From positions 5,084,001-5,148,000 of the forward strand of contig OZ193910.1 in the NCBI GenBank assembly GCA_964276515.1: DNA of 64,000 nt. Reading direction: 5' to 3'. This document shows, one piece after another, positions 1 through 10,338 of the stretch. The first letter of the stretch is position 1. The number at the start of each line of letters is the position of its first letter. The notes under the pieces were generated by a model that made no database searches, was not told the DNA's origin, and was given only the letters and a program-made list of their open reading frames with translations. The DNA is from Gordius albopunctatus (Eukaryota). A program made the translations under genes and the position numbers.

Positions 1-387
1 CCTAAAATAGAAAGACCTTCATTAGGTTTTTAGATGGTTTTTAGATGTCAAAAAGGATGCTTAAAATTACGCATTTTTCTAACTATATGTCCAATATATT
101 CCTAAACGCTGTAAAAACCTGAATATAAAAGTTTTTGCAGGTCCAATTTTTTTAATTTTAACCAATAAGCATCTTAAGGTGGTAAACTGATATTATATAG
201 CTGTGTTGTTTATCCACAACTTCTACATTTATCAACAATCTAATTTACGAGACCCTTATGTGTTTTGTCATTTTGGGTGTCTTTGAAAGCAAAAGACAGG
301 TCTTATTTGATTAAAAGACAAATTTGGAGCTAATTCATGCGTAAATTATGTCATATATGTGGATATATCAAAGATGAATAGTGTATC

Positions 388-2956
388 TGTTAGGGGCTGA
401 TATTTATTCACGTAAACTATTAGGGGTGTGATACAAAAACACGACGAAAAAGTGTCCTGGCGTATATATCCAACGCCTTTATATGTTACAACCAATTAAC
501 GCTAATTGATCGCCAACGCGCATGTAAATAACATCAACACGCAGGTAACTATCGTATCCCTGGAGGCACTTTATCTCTCTACAGTTCCCCCCTTTTCACA
601 AAGATAAGGCCTTAGGTAGCTTAGGGCCTGTCGTACCCGGCGTGGGTATCTAACATCAGGCGGGGCATTGTTAAGCTCCGGATCCATGGGAGCGACACTG
701 TGTTACCCCGCTCCTGTAGCGGCACTGACATTCGGAACCGTTGGCAGGGGACCCTGACTAAACGCCGTTGGTAAGGGTTCGCATCACCTGACCCGTTCGC
801 GAGTGTAACCCGATGCGGCCAACCATTTTCGTGTCCGCCCATTCTCCAGTCCAATATTTTCCTTCGTCTCACTTGATCTAAATGTCGATGGTGGCTTCTC
901 CCTAGGGCCTTAACGTCGAACGAGCGCGTCCCGCGCTTGGAAATAATGGTGCCCTCCACCCATTTATCGGGCTCCAGGAACATAAGCACCCACACTGGGT
1001 CTCCGACGTCGAACCCTTGCGCCCTTTTTGCATCTCTCCCCCGGGGGATGCTAGGTTCTCTTGATACTTCCCTTGACTCGTGCAGCTTAGGTAGGTACTT
1101 TTTGTAGCGTAGCCTTGGACCGACTAATACTGTTGTACCGCGCGTACCCCTAATCCACTCCCAGCGCTGCCGTAAAGTCCCATCGCTGGCGGTGTACTGT
1201 CGTATAACGTTCCGTGCGATGGACGCGTTCGCGGTATCCTCTAGTACCTCTTCGGTAACTTGGAACGCATGCTTGCTTGGTCGTATCGCCACAACAATGA
1301 CTGCGTCATCCTTACCCTTGATGGCAGCCATGGATCGACCTTGATCTTGGTCCGATTTCGCATTCCTAGAGCGAGTCTTATTGGGGTTGAGTGGGATTAC
1401 AGATTGTTTCTGAGACGAGGAGCCAGGATCCCTAGAAACTCCTTGCGGCGGTGCTAGGCTGTTTGGTTGTTGTGGTAACTGACCCATCGAACCGGGTTGC
1501 TGTTGGTCGGGGGAGAAAACTGGGCCCGGCATTAAGACGTGTGGAAAAATCCAGCTACCGGATGGCCTACCCATTGGGCCCCCACCGAAGGAATGCATTT
1601 GACTATCTTGCATCCCGATACTCACGGGATCGCTAGGTCTCGGCTCTTTCGGGACCTTCTCCTCGACGAAATTCACAACGTATTGCTCCATGACGGCTCG
1701 CGAACTCCATCGGGCTAGTTCCCATTCGTCCTTTCCGAACTCTTTAATCCAGTTCGTCCCGAGTAACGGCGGTCTCTTCACATCCGCCACCAGCATCGAC
1801 AGGCGCTTTCGGTTTGGAACCAGCCGGACCTCGGCTGTTACGTCCCCGATAATCTTTATCCCCTCGCCGCCAAACGCATACGCGGCAGGTGTCGAGTTTG
1901 CTTGCACGGGTAAGCGTTTCTTCCACACGTTGGCCGGTACGATTGTAACGGTGGATCCCGTGTCCATAAGCAAAGTTATTAAGATGTTATTGACAAATAC
2001 GTCCATAGTCATAATATCTAACGCATGGCCGAACCTGATCATACTCGGGCCCGTCCTCGTCGCGTCGACCGCAAATGCCTCGTCAACTGGCTTGTGCATT
2101 GTCCTCAGGCCCTCACCAATTGCCTCCCGACCTAGGGCGATCTCCACGGCTTTGTAACACCTGAGGTCCTTTTCAGCCATCAACGCAGCCTGCACCGTTG
2201 GGTCGTAGAGCCCTAAAATCAGCTGATCGAGAATTCTGGCCGATAATTCTCCGGGCTCAAAACCGCAGGCCTTTGACGCCTCTTTTAGCCTTCGGCTATA
2301 TCGTATGAGTTCTTCCCCAGGCATCTGTCTAACATTTCTGAAACGGAGCCTTTGCGCCAGAGGGCCGGTCTGCCCCTTGAACACCTTCTTCGCTCTCCTG
2401 GTCGCTTCTTCGAACGACCATTCGATCGGGTTATCCGGGTACGCGTCGTCCGCGATAACCTTAAACACCTCCGCCGATAACGGACTTAGCAACCTGCACG
2501 TTTTCTGGGTATCGTACGACGTCCCTGATTGTGCCTTGGCGTTGACCTCGAATTGCATTAGAAACGTTTCAATGGAATTTCCTAACCTGAATAACTCCAT
2601 GTCGTTTCTATCGATTATTGAATTAGAAATGTTTCAATAGAATCTCCGCCTCCGAATAATTCCTTGTCGTTTTTAATGATTATCGAAATCAAATGTTTCA
2701 ACAGAAGCTCCTCTTCTGGATAATTCCCCGCAGGTTCTCACTGGTTCGTCCCGACGCCACTGTTAGGGGCTGATATTTATTCACGTAAACTATTAGGGGT
2801 GTGATACAAAAACACGACGAAAAAGTGTCCTGGCGTATATATCCAACGCCTTTATATGTTACAACCAATTAACGCTAATTGATCGCCAACGCGCATGTAA
2901 ATAACATCAACACGCAGGTAACTATCGTATCCCTGGAGGCACTTTATCTCTCTACA
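388..2956 (-). mobile_element. Non-autonomous Gypsy (Mag-like) LTR retrotransposon, full-length young insertion
   Basis: 196-bp LTRs at 388-583 and 2761-2956 (TG...CA, identical by eye); 5-bp TSD GTATC at 383-387 and 2957-2961; PBS-like TGGCGTCGGG on minus just inside the 5' LTR; PPT GAAAAGGGGGGAAC (minus, 584-597). Confidence 0.95.
621..2600 (-). CDS. Gag capsid + aspartic protease + Pro/Gln-rich segment + integrase C-terminal (SH3-like) tail; no RT, RNase H or IN core
   Basis: Gag motif RLRFRNVRQMPGEELIRYSRRLKEASKACGF; protease LLMDTGS and PLLGTNW; tail FDVGDPVWV...WVEGTII...RHLDQVR. No YxDD, no CCHC, no DDE found. Confidence 0.85.
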   Translation of the reverse strand: MELFRLGNSIETFLMQFEVNAKAQSGTSYDTQKTCRLLSPLSAEVFKVIADDAYPDNPIEWSFEEATRRAKKVFKGQTGPLAQRLRFRNVRQMPGEELIRYSRRLKEASKACGFEPGELSARILDQLILGLYDPTVQAALMAEKDLRCYKAVEIALGREAIGEGLRTMHKPVDEAFAVDATRTGPSMIRFGHALDIMTMDVFVNNILITLLMDTGSTVTIVPANVWKKRLPVQANSTPAAYAFGGEGIKIIGDVTAEVRLVPNRKRLSMLVADVKRPPLLGTNWIKEFGKDEWELARWSSRAVMEQYVVNFVEEKVPKEPRPSDPVSIGMQDSQMHSFGGGPMGRPSGSWIFPHVLMPGPVFSPDQQQPGSMGQLPQQPNSLAPPQGVSRDPGSSSQKQSVIPLNPNKTRSRNAKSDQDQGRSMAAIKGKDDAVIVVAIRPSKHAFQVTEEVLEDTANASIARNVIRQYTASDGTLRQRWEWIRGTRGTTVLVGPRLRYKKYLPKLHESREVSREPSIPRGRDAKRAQGFDVGDPVWVLMFLEPDKWVEGTIISKRGTRSFDVKALGRSHHRHLDQVRRRKILDWRMGGHENGWPHRVTLANGSGDANPYQRRLVRVPCQRFRMSVPLQERGNTVSLPWIRSLTMPRLMLDTHAGYDRP

Positions 2957-3108
2957 GTATCTGTATGATGATCCTTTTATGATAATCTCCTTGCGACTGA
3001 AAATTAAAGGATATAAAAATTGCAAATGATTAAGAGCAGTATGGAATAGGAAGAGAGAGAGATATAGCACTTAACTATTTAGTCATCATGAACATTATCC
3101 ACCAATTA

Positions 3109-3440
3109 CAGTGTGTTTCTTAATGTTTGAATACCTTGACTCCCCTCCCGCACACTACTAGTAGGAGACAAAATGGTGATGAATCAAAGCTTTTGAAAAA
3201 GAACGCTCTTTCCCTCTCCTTCCTTCGCGTGCATCTTGCTCCCTTCCTTACCGGTATATGTTTTCGCCACTATTGCATTTATATTCGCCCCTTTTTACAA
3301 TTTGGTGGGTTTTTTTTCAGAAATTTGTCGTTTTTTGCCAAATTTTTTGATAAAAAACGTGGCCTAAATTTTAAAATTATTGTGTGGAATTTTGAATTAA
3401 AAAACAGATTATTTTTTAATTTTAAGATTGTAATTTTTTT
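3109..3440 (+). repeat. Solo/degraded Tc1-like TIR fragment
   Basis: Starts TA|CAGTG and resembles the TIR at 43809 (CACACTA.TAG..GAGA.AA..GGT.A); no partner end seen; right boundary approximate. Confidence 0.45.
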
Positions 3441-3799
3441 AAAAAATTTGGTGGTTTTTGTCAGAAATTTGTCTATTTTCTTGCTAACTAGTAAATTTTA
3501 TTATTACCATACCACATAACAGGATTTTTTACAAACTGACAAGCCGTGATACAAACAACTGCTTTAAAAGGTATCAATACTTGAAAATAATTCGTCTTGA
3601 AAATAAATGCTTTTATTAATTATTTGGTTCAAATAAAAGTGTGCATCTTATCATATGGCTTAAATAAAAGTGTGCGTTACAACTAAATTAATATTACAAT
3701 AATCTTTTGTTTTATTAAGGACCATTGTTATATAATATAGGTGATCAAGTTTTACATAATATAACATTTTCATCCATTTGTGCTAATTTTTTAAAGAAA

Positions 3800-5106
3800 A
3801 TGAACTGATAGATTATATTTTTTATTAAACGTACACGAAGGAAAGTTATTTAGGAATTTATGTTTCTATTTGATTAGGAGTGTGGAAAGATGTTGATTTG
3901 AGTGTAATTGTTTTAAAACCATGATTTTGAAGAAAAATGTGCGAATATCTCTATTTGGTGCCAAAAATATATAAAAATATATAAAAGTTTAGACAAAAAT
4001 TTAGAAATACAGCCAAATTTGTCTCAGAATAATGTTTCATTATGTTGCAGGCATTATAACTATTAAGAATTTTCTTTATAGACATAGGCAGGAGTGTTAC
4101 GATTAATAAAATGTAGGTAATCGCCAATGACACCGTTCTGCTGAATTCCACTTCACCTGATTCTTGAACCTAATGTTAGCTGTGGGTGAAGGACTTGGCT
4201 TTACTTTTATACGAGTTTTATACCGAAGTATTATGGCAAAATTCATGGCCAATATGACTAACATTGGGCCATATACGAAACTAATTTTGATAATTATTTC
4301 GTAAACTTGGTAATAGGTATTTTTTATAATGTCTGGATTTCTTATCGTGTAATAACCATTAAAACAGATACTTAACTTTCTAAACAACTTTGCATCTAAT
4401 TTTTGATTAGCCTTTCGTGTGGAACCTCTCAGTGTAACGGGGGCATTGATAAACAAAAAACGTAAATAGCACTAGAGTTGTTATATTGCTAACTTTCTTC
4501 AACTTCAGCTACCATCTGCTCGAATTTCTGCTCGGCCCTCGAGCATTTTTATATGCTACTGCTCTACCTAGTACACCGAACAGCGAGCAGATATTGTGCT
4601 AACGCGCATATTAAGCCATTCAGTGAGTGTGCTCTCGTCTGAAGTTTGAAGAAAGTTAGCATTTTAACAACTCTAAATAGCACAATAAAACAGCCCATCT
4701 GTACAGCCTTATATCATATTAAGCGCTACGTTAGTGAAATGGTTTCCAAGCCGCTATATATCTATCGATACTGAGAAACAACGTCATGAGGAGGCTAGTT
4801 TGAGCCAAGCAATTAGTAAAATATTTATGGTATACACGCAAATATTCCATCCAGGGGTGCATAATAGCGAATTTTTGACATAGTTTAAATAGTAACTCAG
4901 GATGGGATCCAAAATATAGGTAGCGGATATATAAAGTTGGCGATAGCCATCCATTTCATGAAATAATAAGGTTTAGCTATATTATTTCTTACCATGTTCG
5001 CCATGGTTATTAGATAATAGTTTACTATACTCCCCAGCGTCAAAAGTATGGAAAAGAGAGAAATATTAAGGATATAACTTCGTATGGAGCCTTCATTAGT
5101 ATTCAA
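3800..5106 (-). pseudogene. Class A (rhodopsin-like, peptide-receptor-type) GPCR pseudogene
   Basis: Hydrophobic helices in ORFs 4897-5106, 4103-4456 and 3951-4151; TM3 end LFLSIDRYIAAWKPF (DRY motif) at ~4740-4785; TM5 GPMLVILAMNFAII; in-frame stops, frameshifts and a MITE insertion. 3' boundary approximate. Confidence 0.75.
4473..4675. mobile_element. hAT-type MITE inserted into the GPCR coding region
   Basis: ~36-bp imperfect TIRs TAGAGTTGTTATATTGCTAACTTTCTTC / GAAGAAAGTTAGCATTTTAACAACTCTA; perfect 8-bp TSD AATAGCAC (4465-4472, 4676-4683). Confidence 0.93.
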
Positions 5107-5936
5107 TGTTGACTTAAAACAAAATACTCATGATCCATGTTTTTATGGGACTTAAAATTAATTAACTTTAAGAATTTTTTAAATGAGTTCGTCTAATTTA
5201 TAGGCCATTGGGTTAGGACAAACGACATAGAAAATGAAATGAATTACAATCTTATAAATTTTAAATTAATAATTTGATAAAGAATTGTAACGAATGGCGG
5301 ACATTTTTAAAGCCACTGAAATCCTATTTAGATTGAAAAAAGATAAAAGTCTTTACTTTAAATTTGCAAACACTAATGTTTTTTATAGGCCAATTAAAGA
5401 ATGCTGTTAAATCCCAAATATAATTCTCAAGATTCTATTTTACTACTGATTCTTTTTAAATTATTAATGACACTTTAAAGCGACGGTAAAAGGGACTGAA
5501 ATTTACCACCTTAATAATAGTAGTGTAAGTTTTCTACTAGAAACTTTATCATTCCTAAACCTTAATAATTGATACAAATATATAGCGCAACGAGCATGGA
5601 ACAGAAAATACCAGTACTAATTGAAGGTATTTAATAACACAGCTCTACAAATATTGACTTTTTATTTCATCCCGCTATCTAACCTATAATTCTGATAGAG
5701 AATTTTGCGCTTATTAATGTTTTTTTAGTTTTTCCCTAAAAACCTCCAGTTTTTTAGATAAACGAGGTTGAAGGTGCAAAAAATGCCCATTTTACCCCTT
5801 TTTGAGGCTCAATAGCCACGAAATTTTTTATTTATATCAAAAAATATTAAGTTATTCCTGTAGATTAAAGTTTCCTCTATACGTCCATTATTTTATTTTT
5901 TTATATCACCCTTTTATTTAAATTTGTTTGTGTTTA

Positions 5937-6212
5937 CGTAAACCCCTTCCCCTTATCAAAATTCGTCCCGCTATATCTGGAAAAAGGAGTACATTAGAGT
6001 TCATTTCATACTACACACGCGCTGTTTACTAACACATCTCTCTCCTCTCTCTTTTTTCTACTCCCGCCCCCATATCTATCCAAGCAATAGAGGAGAGTAG
6101 GTGAAGGGAGAGAGATATGTGTTAGTAAACATCGCGTACCCAGTATGAACTCTAATGTACTCCGTTTACCAGACATCGTGGGACAAATTTTGATAAGGAG
6201 AAGGGGTTTACG
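5937..6212. mobile_element. Long-palindrome MITE/foldback repeat (second, interrupted copy at ~45986-48185)
   Basis: ~110-bp imperfect inverted arms CGTAAACCCCTTCCCCTTATCAAAATT...AATTTTGATAAGGAGAAGGGGTTTACG; upstream 5745-5900 also resembles 45800-45950. Confidence 0.75.
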
Positions 6213-6469
6213 CAAACGCTAATTGAACTTACTTGTAAAAGAACATACTAAGCTATAACCTTAAATTATGTAAACGAAAACTATAGCAAATAGAATAAAA
6301 ATGTTTTAAGGTTAAATTTAGCGATTGAAAAAGAAAGGAATGCTACAGGGTATACAAAAATTTGAGTTTAAAAAAATGGAGCAATTAATAATCTATATAT
6401 TTAATAAAAATCATATATTTATATAATTGTCTGACCTTTAAATATCTTTGTAATTCCATGGTCGTTTAT

Positions 6470-6651
6470 ATAATCTCTGGCCCGTTCAAGCCCGTTAAAA
6501 AAATCTCAGGCCCGACCGAGCCCGTTCCATTAATTTTTAAGCCCGTCCAGGCCCGGCCCGTTGAAATTTTTTTATGATACAAAGCCCGTTCGTACCCATC
6601 AGCGGGCCGGACTCTTCATTCGCGGGCCGGGCCTTCCAGTGCCGATCTCTA
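6470..6651. repeat. Orphan right end of a hAT element
   Basis: Clustered GGCCCG/GCCCG subterminal repeats ending TGCCGATCTCTA, like the termini at 7947 and 56814. Confidence 0.55.
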
Positions 6652-6815
6652 TCCCATATATAATGCTTGAACGTTAGATGACCTAATCTAAACCCTTTGG
6701 CTGATGAATTGTGTGGATTTATAGACAAGATATAGTATTTAAAAGCGGTAGCTGTCTGAACAAAATTTTTCTAAAGGTCAGAAACAAATAAAACATATTT
6801 TAAAATAAGACAGCA

Positions 6816-7947
6816 TAGAGACCTGCACGGCCCGGCCCGCGGGCCGGGTATGGACGGGCTTTGGACTTTAAAAAAAACAACAGGCCGGGCTTGGGCGGGC
6901 CGATAAATCAAGTGGGCCGGGCCTAGATCTGCTAGGCCCGTGGTTGAAGAGATTTTAACAAAAAGAAATGAAACATTTATGCTAGTTAACATAACCAGAC
7001 CTTTGCTCAAATCAACTATTGAAATATTACAGCCCTTCAAAGAAGCTAGCACACAATTAGAGGCAGACTTGAAATCCACTTTGCCTTACGTGTTTCTATG
7101 GAAAGTGAGATTAATAAATAGGATGGAAAATGACGGATTTTCTGACGATCAATTTAAAAGGATTAAAAATAAACTTAAGGAGCTAATTAAAGAAAAGTAC
7201 ACCATCCATTCCCTGCACAAAATGGCAACTGTGCTTCACCCTAAATTTAAGAACATGTTAATGGCTACTCCTCAAGAGAGAAATGAAACCTATGAAGAAA
7301 TTAAAAATCTTATAGAACGGGAAGATTTTATACAATCAGTTAATCCTAGTCCTACCAGGGATTGTCAACCTGACAGTAGTGTATCTGAAGGTAAGATTTC
7401 TCAGTTTTATGACAACCTATATTCTTCTAGCCAATAAAGCAAAATATGTATTTTCGTAATGGGAAGACCATGATATTCAGTCTTCAGCAACCAATGAACT
7501 CCACCAATATCTTGGGGAATGTGTGAATCCTGAAGGCTTCGATCTTATAAAATGATGGAAAGGCAAAGAAGCTAAGTAAATAAAGTAAAATCAGTATAAC
7601 CTTTAATTAGGTACCCAAAATTATCTCATTTAGCATTTATGGTTTTAAGTATCCCGGTTACAAGTGCCACTAGTGAACGAAATTTCTCAACGGCTGGTTG
7701 ATTATTAGAAGAGAGAAGAACCCGATTAAGACCGGAAATAATTAACGATTTATTGTTTTTACATGATTATTATTGATGTGTAACATATATTACTGAATAT
7801 TGAATTAACTTTTTAACAAAAAATAACAATCGTTTGAAAATTTGCAAAATAAAAAAATTTCTACGGTCCCGGGCCAAATTTTTCTTTTTCCAGCGGGCCA
7901 GGGCCGGGCCTAGAAATTTTTGAAGGCAAAATAGCTGCAGGTCTCTA
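6816..7947 (+). mobile_element. Internally deleted hAT (Ac-like) transposon carrying the transposase C-terminus
   Basis: 12-bp TIR TAGAGACCTGCA; 8-bp TSD AGACAGCA (6808-6815, 7948-7955); ORF 6940-7437 (ILQPFKEASTQLE, ATVLHPKFK); dimerisation domain YPKLSHLAFMVLSIPVTSATSERNFS after a ~35-nt intron. Confidence 0.93.
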
Positions 7948-8666
7948 AGACAGCACAATGTGGTGATTAAACTTTTATGTTTCATAAATCGGGAAATTTG
8001 ATTTACTTCATTCTAAATATAAGTACATCTTTATACATTTGATTTATTTCCTTTCGGCTTTTTTAAAGTTTGACACCAATTTAGAGTGCCAATTTGGTTA
8101 AGTATTAACAAAATATTAAATGATAATGTATGAAAGAAAAAGGATAATAAATAGACCTACCAAAATCTTATTTTCACGAAAAAACACTATATTGAATATT
8201 AAATTATAAAGTTAATAGCGCTTAAATCTAAAAACCTCAATTTTATATGACTAGGTCTTAAGAGTATTATTGCTAAACTTGCGATGATGTAAGGACAGAA
8301 ATGTGAAAATTAACACAAATTGATTAAAAATAATGAATTTGCGTCTAAGCATTGGATAAATTTTATTATTGTTTAATTATGCAATGCAATAAAGTATTTT
8401 GATTTATTGCTTCTGTGATTAATAAATCAGTAGGCTTATTTAGAAATAGGTTTTATTTTAATGAAAAATGGGCGGGTGGCAAATGATTATTAATTAGATT
8501 ATTCATTATGTGAAATCAACGTATGTCATTTTCATTCATTTTAAATAATAGAATTTTTGCATTAAAACTCCATCACTAGATCAAAGTATATTTCTATATG
8601 TATACTCCTAAATAAATCTTATCTGTTTTATATTTTAAAATCTTTTAAATTTTATATTATAAGTAT

Positions 8667-9947
8667 TTATGTTATATTTGCCGATCGATAAAATAAGTCG
8701 TCTTGCCTTATAATTATCTTCTGCTTATATTTCTTGCTGTGGTCTGTATTGTTGGATAGATTAATGATGTTGACTCCTTGGTATATACATATTCCACAAA
8801 TAATAACAATGCAGCCTAATAGCTGATAAAAATTAAAGGTTTGCCATCTTAGTGTTAAGGATATGGCCCAAACTAAAAGAATTCTCATACTGTCGATTAC
8901 CATTCTAGTGGTTGCGCTTAGAATTTTAGTAACACTCAATCCTGACACATTAACTAAGGGTATACATGTAAAATTTAAAATTATGGATCCAATTAACGGT
9001 GCTGAACCTCTTATTTGTGCCCATGCGTCAAAAGGGTTTTCCAAATAAATTGCGTTATTATTATTATTAAAAGATTGGGAGCGGATGTTGCTGATAGGAA
9101 TGTTAGAAACTAGGATTATAACAGGTATTATAAAAGATAATCCAAATATTCCCTCCCAGCCTATAACCCAGAAGCATGATAGGTCAGGGCTTTCGGTAAC
9201 TATTTTTTCCTCAATCACAACTTGAAACGCTACTATTATTTGTGAAAAGAAGATTAAAAGATCAGCCATAACCGTCTTTATAATTGAATAATAATCCTGG
9301 TCACTGTTTGTAGGGAAAGGGTAACTGTAATTTTCCTGTTCTAGTTTTAAACTAAACGATTTGGTGTAGACTATATCTGAAACTCCGACAATGATAACAC
9401 CAAATAAAATTATTAGGACTCCGCTCCATTGGGAAGAAGATAATTTGTTTTTAAGTAGAAGTGCTGAAAGGGCACCAGTGAAAATGATAACACCACCTCG
9501 AAACATAGAAAAACTGGAAACCAATGTCATGTTTAAGGCATAATACATTATGCAAGATGATAACATATCACAAAACGCGGGTACGGTAAAACGAAATATG
9601 TTGCTAACTTTCAATTCTTGCTCACTTAAATTATGGCTTCTAAATGAATTATCCTTCTGTTTGGATCGAGTTTCTAGCAAAGCATCCTCCTCTTGAGTAA
9701 GGAATGTTTCTTGCTTTAAATTAGTGGTTTGATGCAAAAATTGTTTTTTAATTGCATAAATTATTAAACATGTAGCTTCTCCCAAAAACATGATGGCAGT
9801 TTGAATGAAGGGGTGATTAAAGTTGTGAGGGTAACCGAAAGAACCGTTGGATTCTATCTTATCGGCTAATTTTATTGATATAGTATGAATAGATCCAGAG
9901 ATAATCATAGTTGCTCCAATAATTAAATGTTTGATTTTAACAGACAT
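8667..9947 (-). CDS. SLC35F6: Solute carrier family 35 member F6-like transporter, intronless
   Basis: FNHPFIQTAIMFLGEATCL, PAFCDM, SSFSMFRGGVIIFTG, GWEGIFG, GLSVTKILSATTRMVIDSMR are characteristic of SLC35F6; ATG at 9947. Confidence 0.88.
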   Translation of the reverse strand: MSVKIKHLIIGATMIISGSIHTISIKLADKIESNGSFGYPHNFNHPFIQTAIMFLGEATCLIIYAIKKQFLHQTTNLKQETFLTQEEDALLETRSKQKDNSFRSHNLSEQELKVSNIFRFTVPAFCDMLSSCIMYYALNMTLVSSFSMFRGGVIIFTGALSALLLKNKLSSSQWSGVLIILFGVIIVGVSDIVYTKSFSLKLEQENYSYPFPTNSDQDYYSIIKTVMADLLIFFSQIIVAFQVVIEEKIVTESPDLSCFWVIGWEGIFGLSFIIPVIILVSNIPISNIRSQSFNNNNNAIYLENPFDAWAQIRGSAPLIGSIILNFTCIPLVNVSGLSVTKILSATTRMVIDSMRILLVWAISLTLRWQTFNFYQLLGCIVIICGICIYQGVNIINLSNNTDHSKKYKQKIIIRQDDLFYRSANIT

Positions 9948-10338
9948 TTCTAACAACTCAACTCAATAAATATTTAAGTGGAAATTTAGTATTATTAACA
10001 ATTGTTGGCTTGCAAAACGTGGTAAATCATTTTACTAAACGCGCAGCTAAGGCTAATGTATTTATATTTTATAATAGTATTTTGTGACGCTTATTTTATG
10101 TGGCGATATAAAGTAGTAGTTGGGAGGGGTTCGATGCTTTGAAAAATAGATAATTCATTATACTTTTTCTATCAATTTTAAACTATATTTTAAATTTATT
10201 CAGTTTTCATTAAGCAAATAAACAAGTTTACAGCGTACATTTAATGAAATTTATAATGCGTTATGATTTTAGCGTGTAGACGTCATATAGTATATGATGT
10301 TATTAAGTAGTTTTATTAATTCGTTAATTGAATAAACC

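Noticed and set aside
1260..2640. Plus-strand ORFs inside the first LTR element
   Set aside because: Antisense shadows of the GC-rich gag-protease ORF with no motifs.
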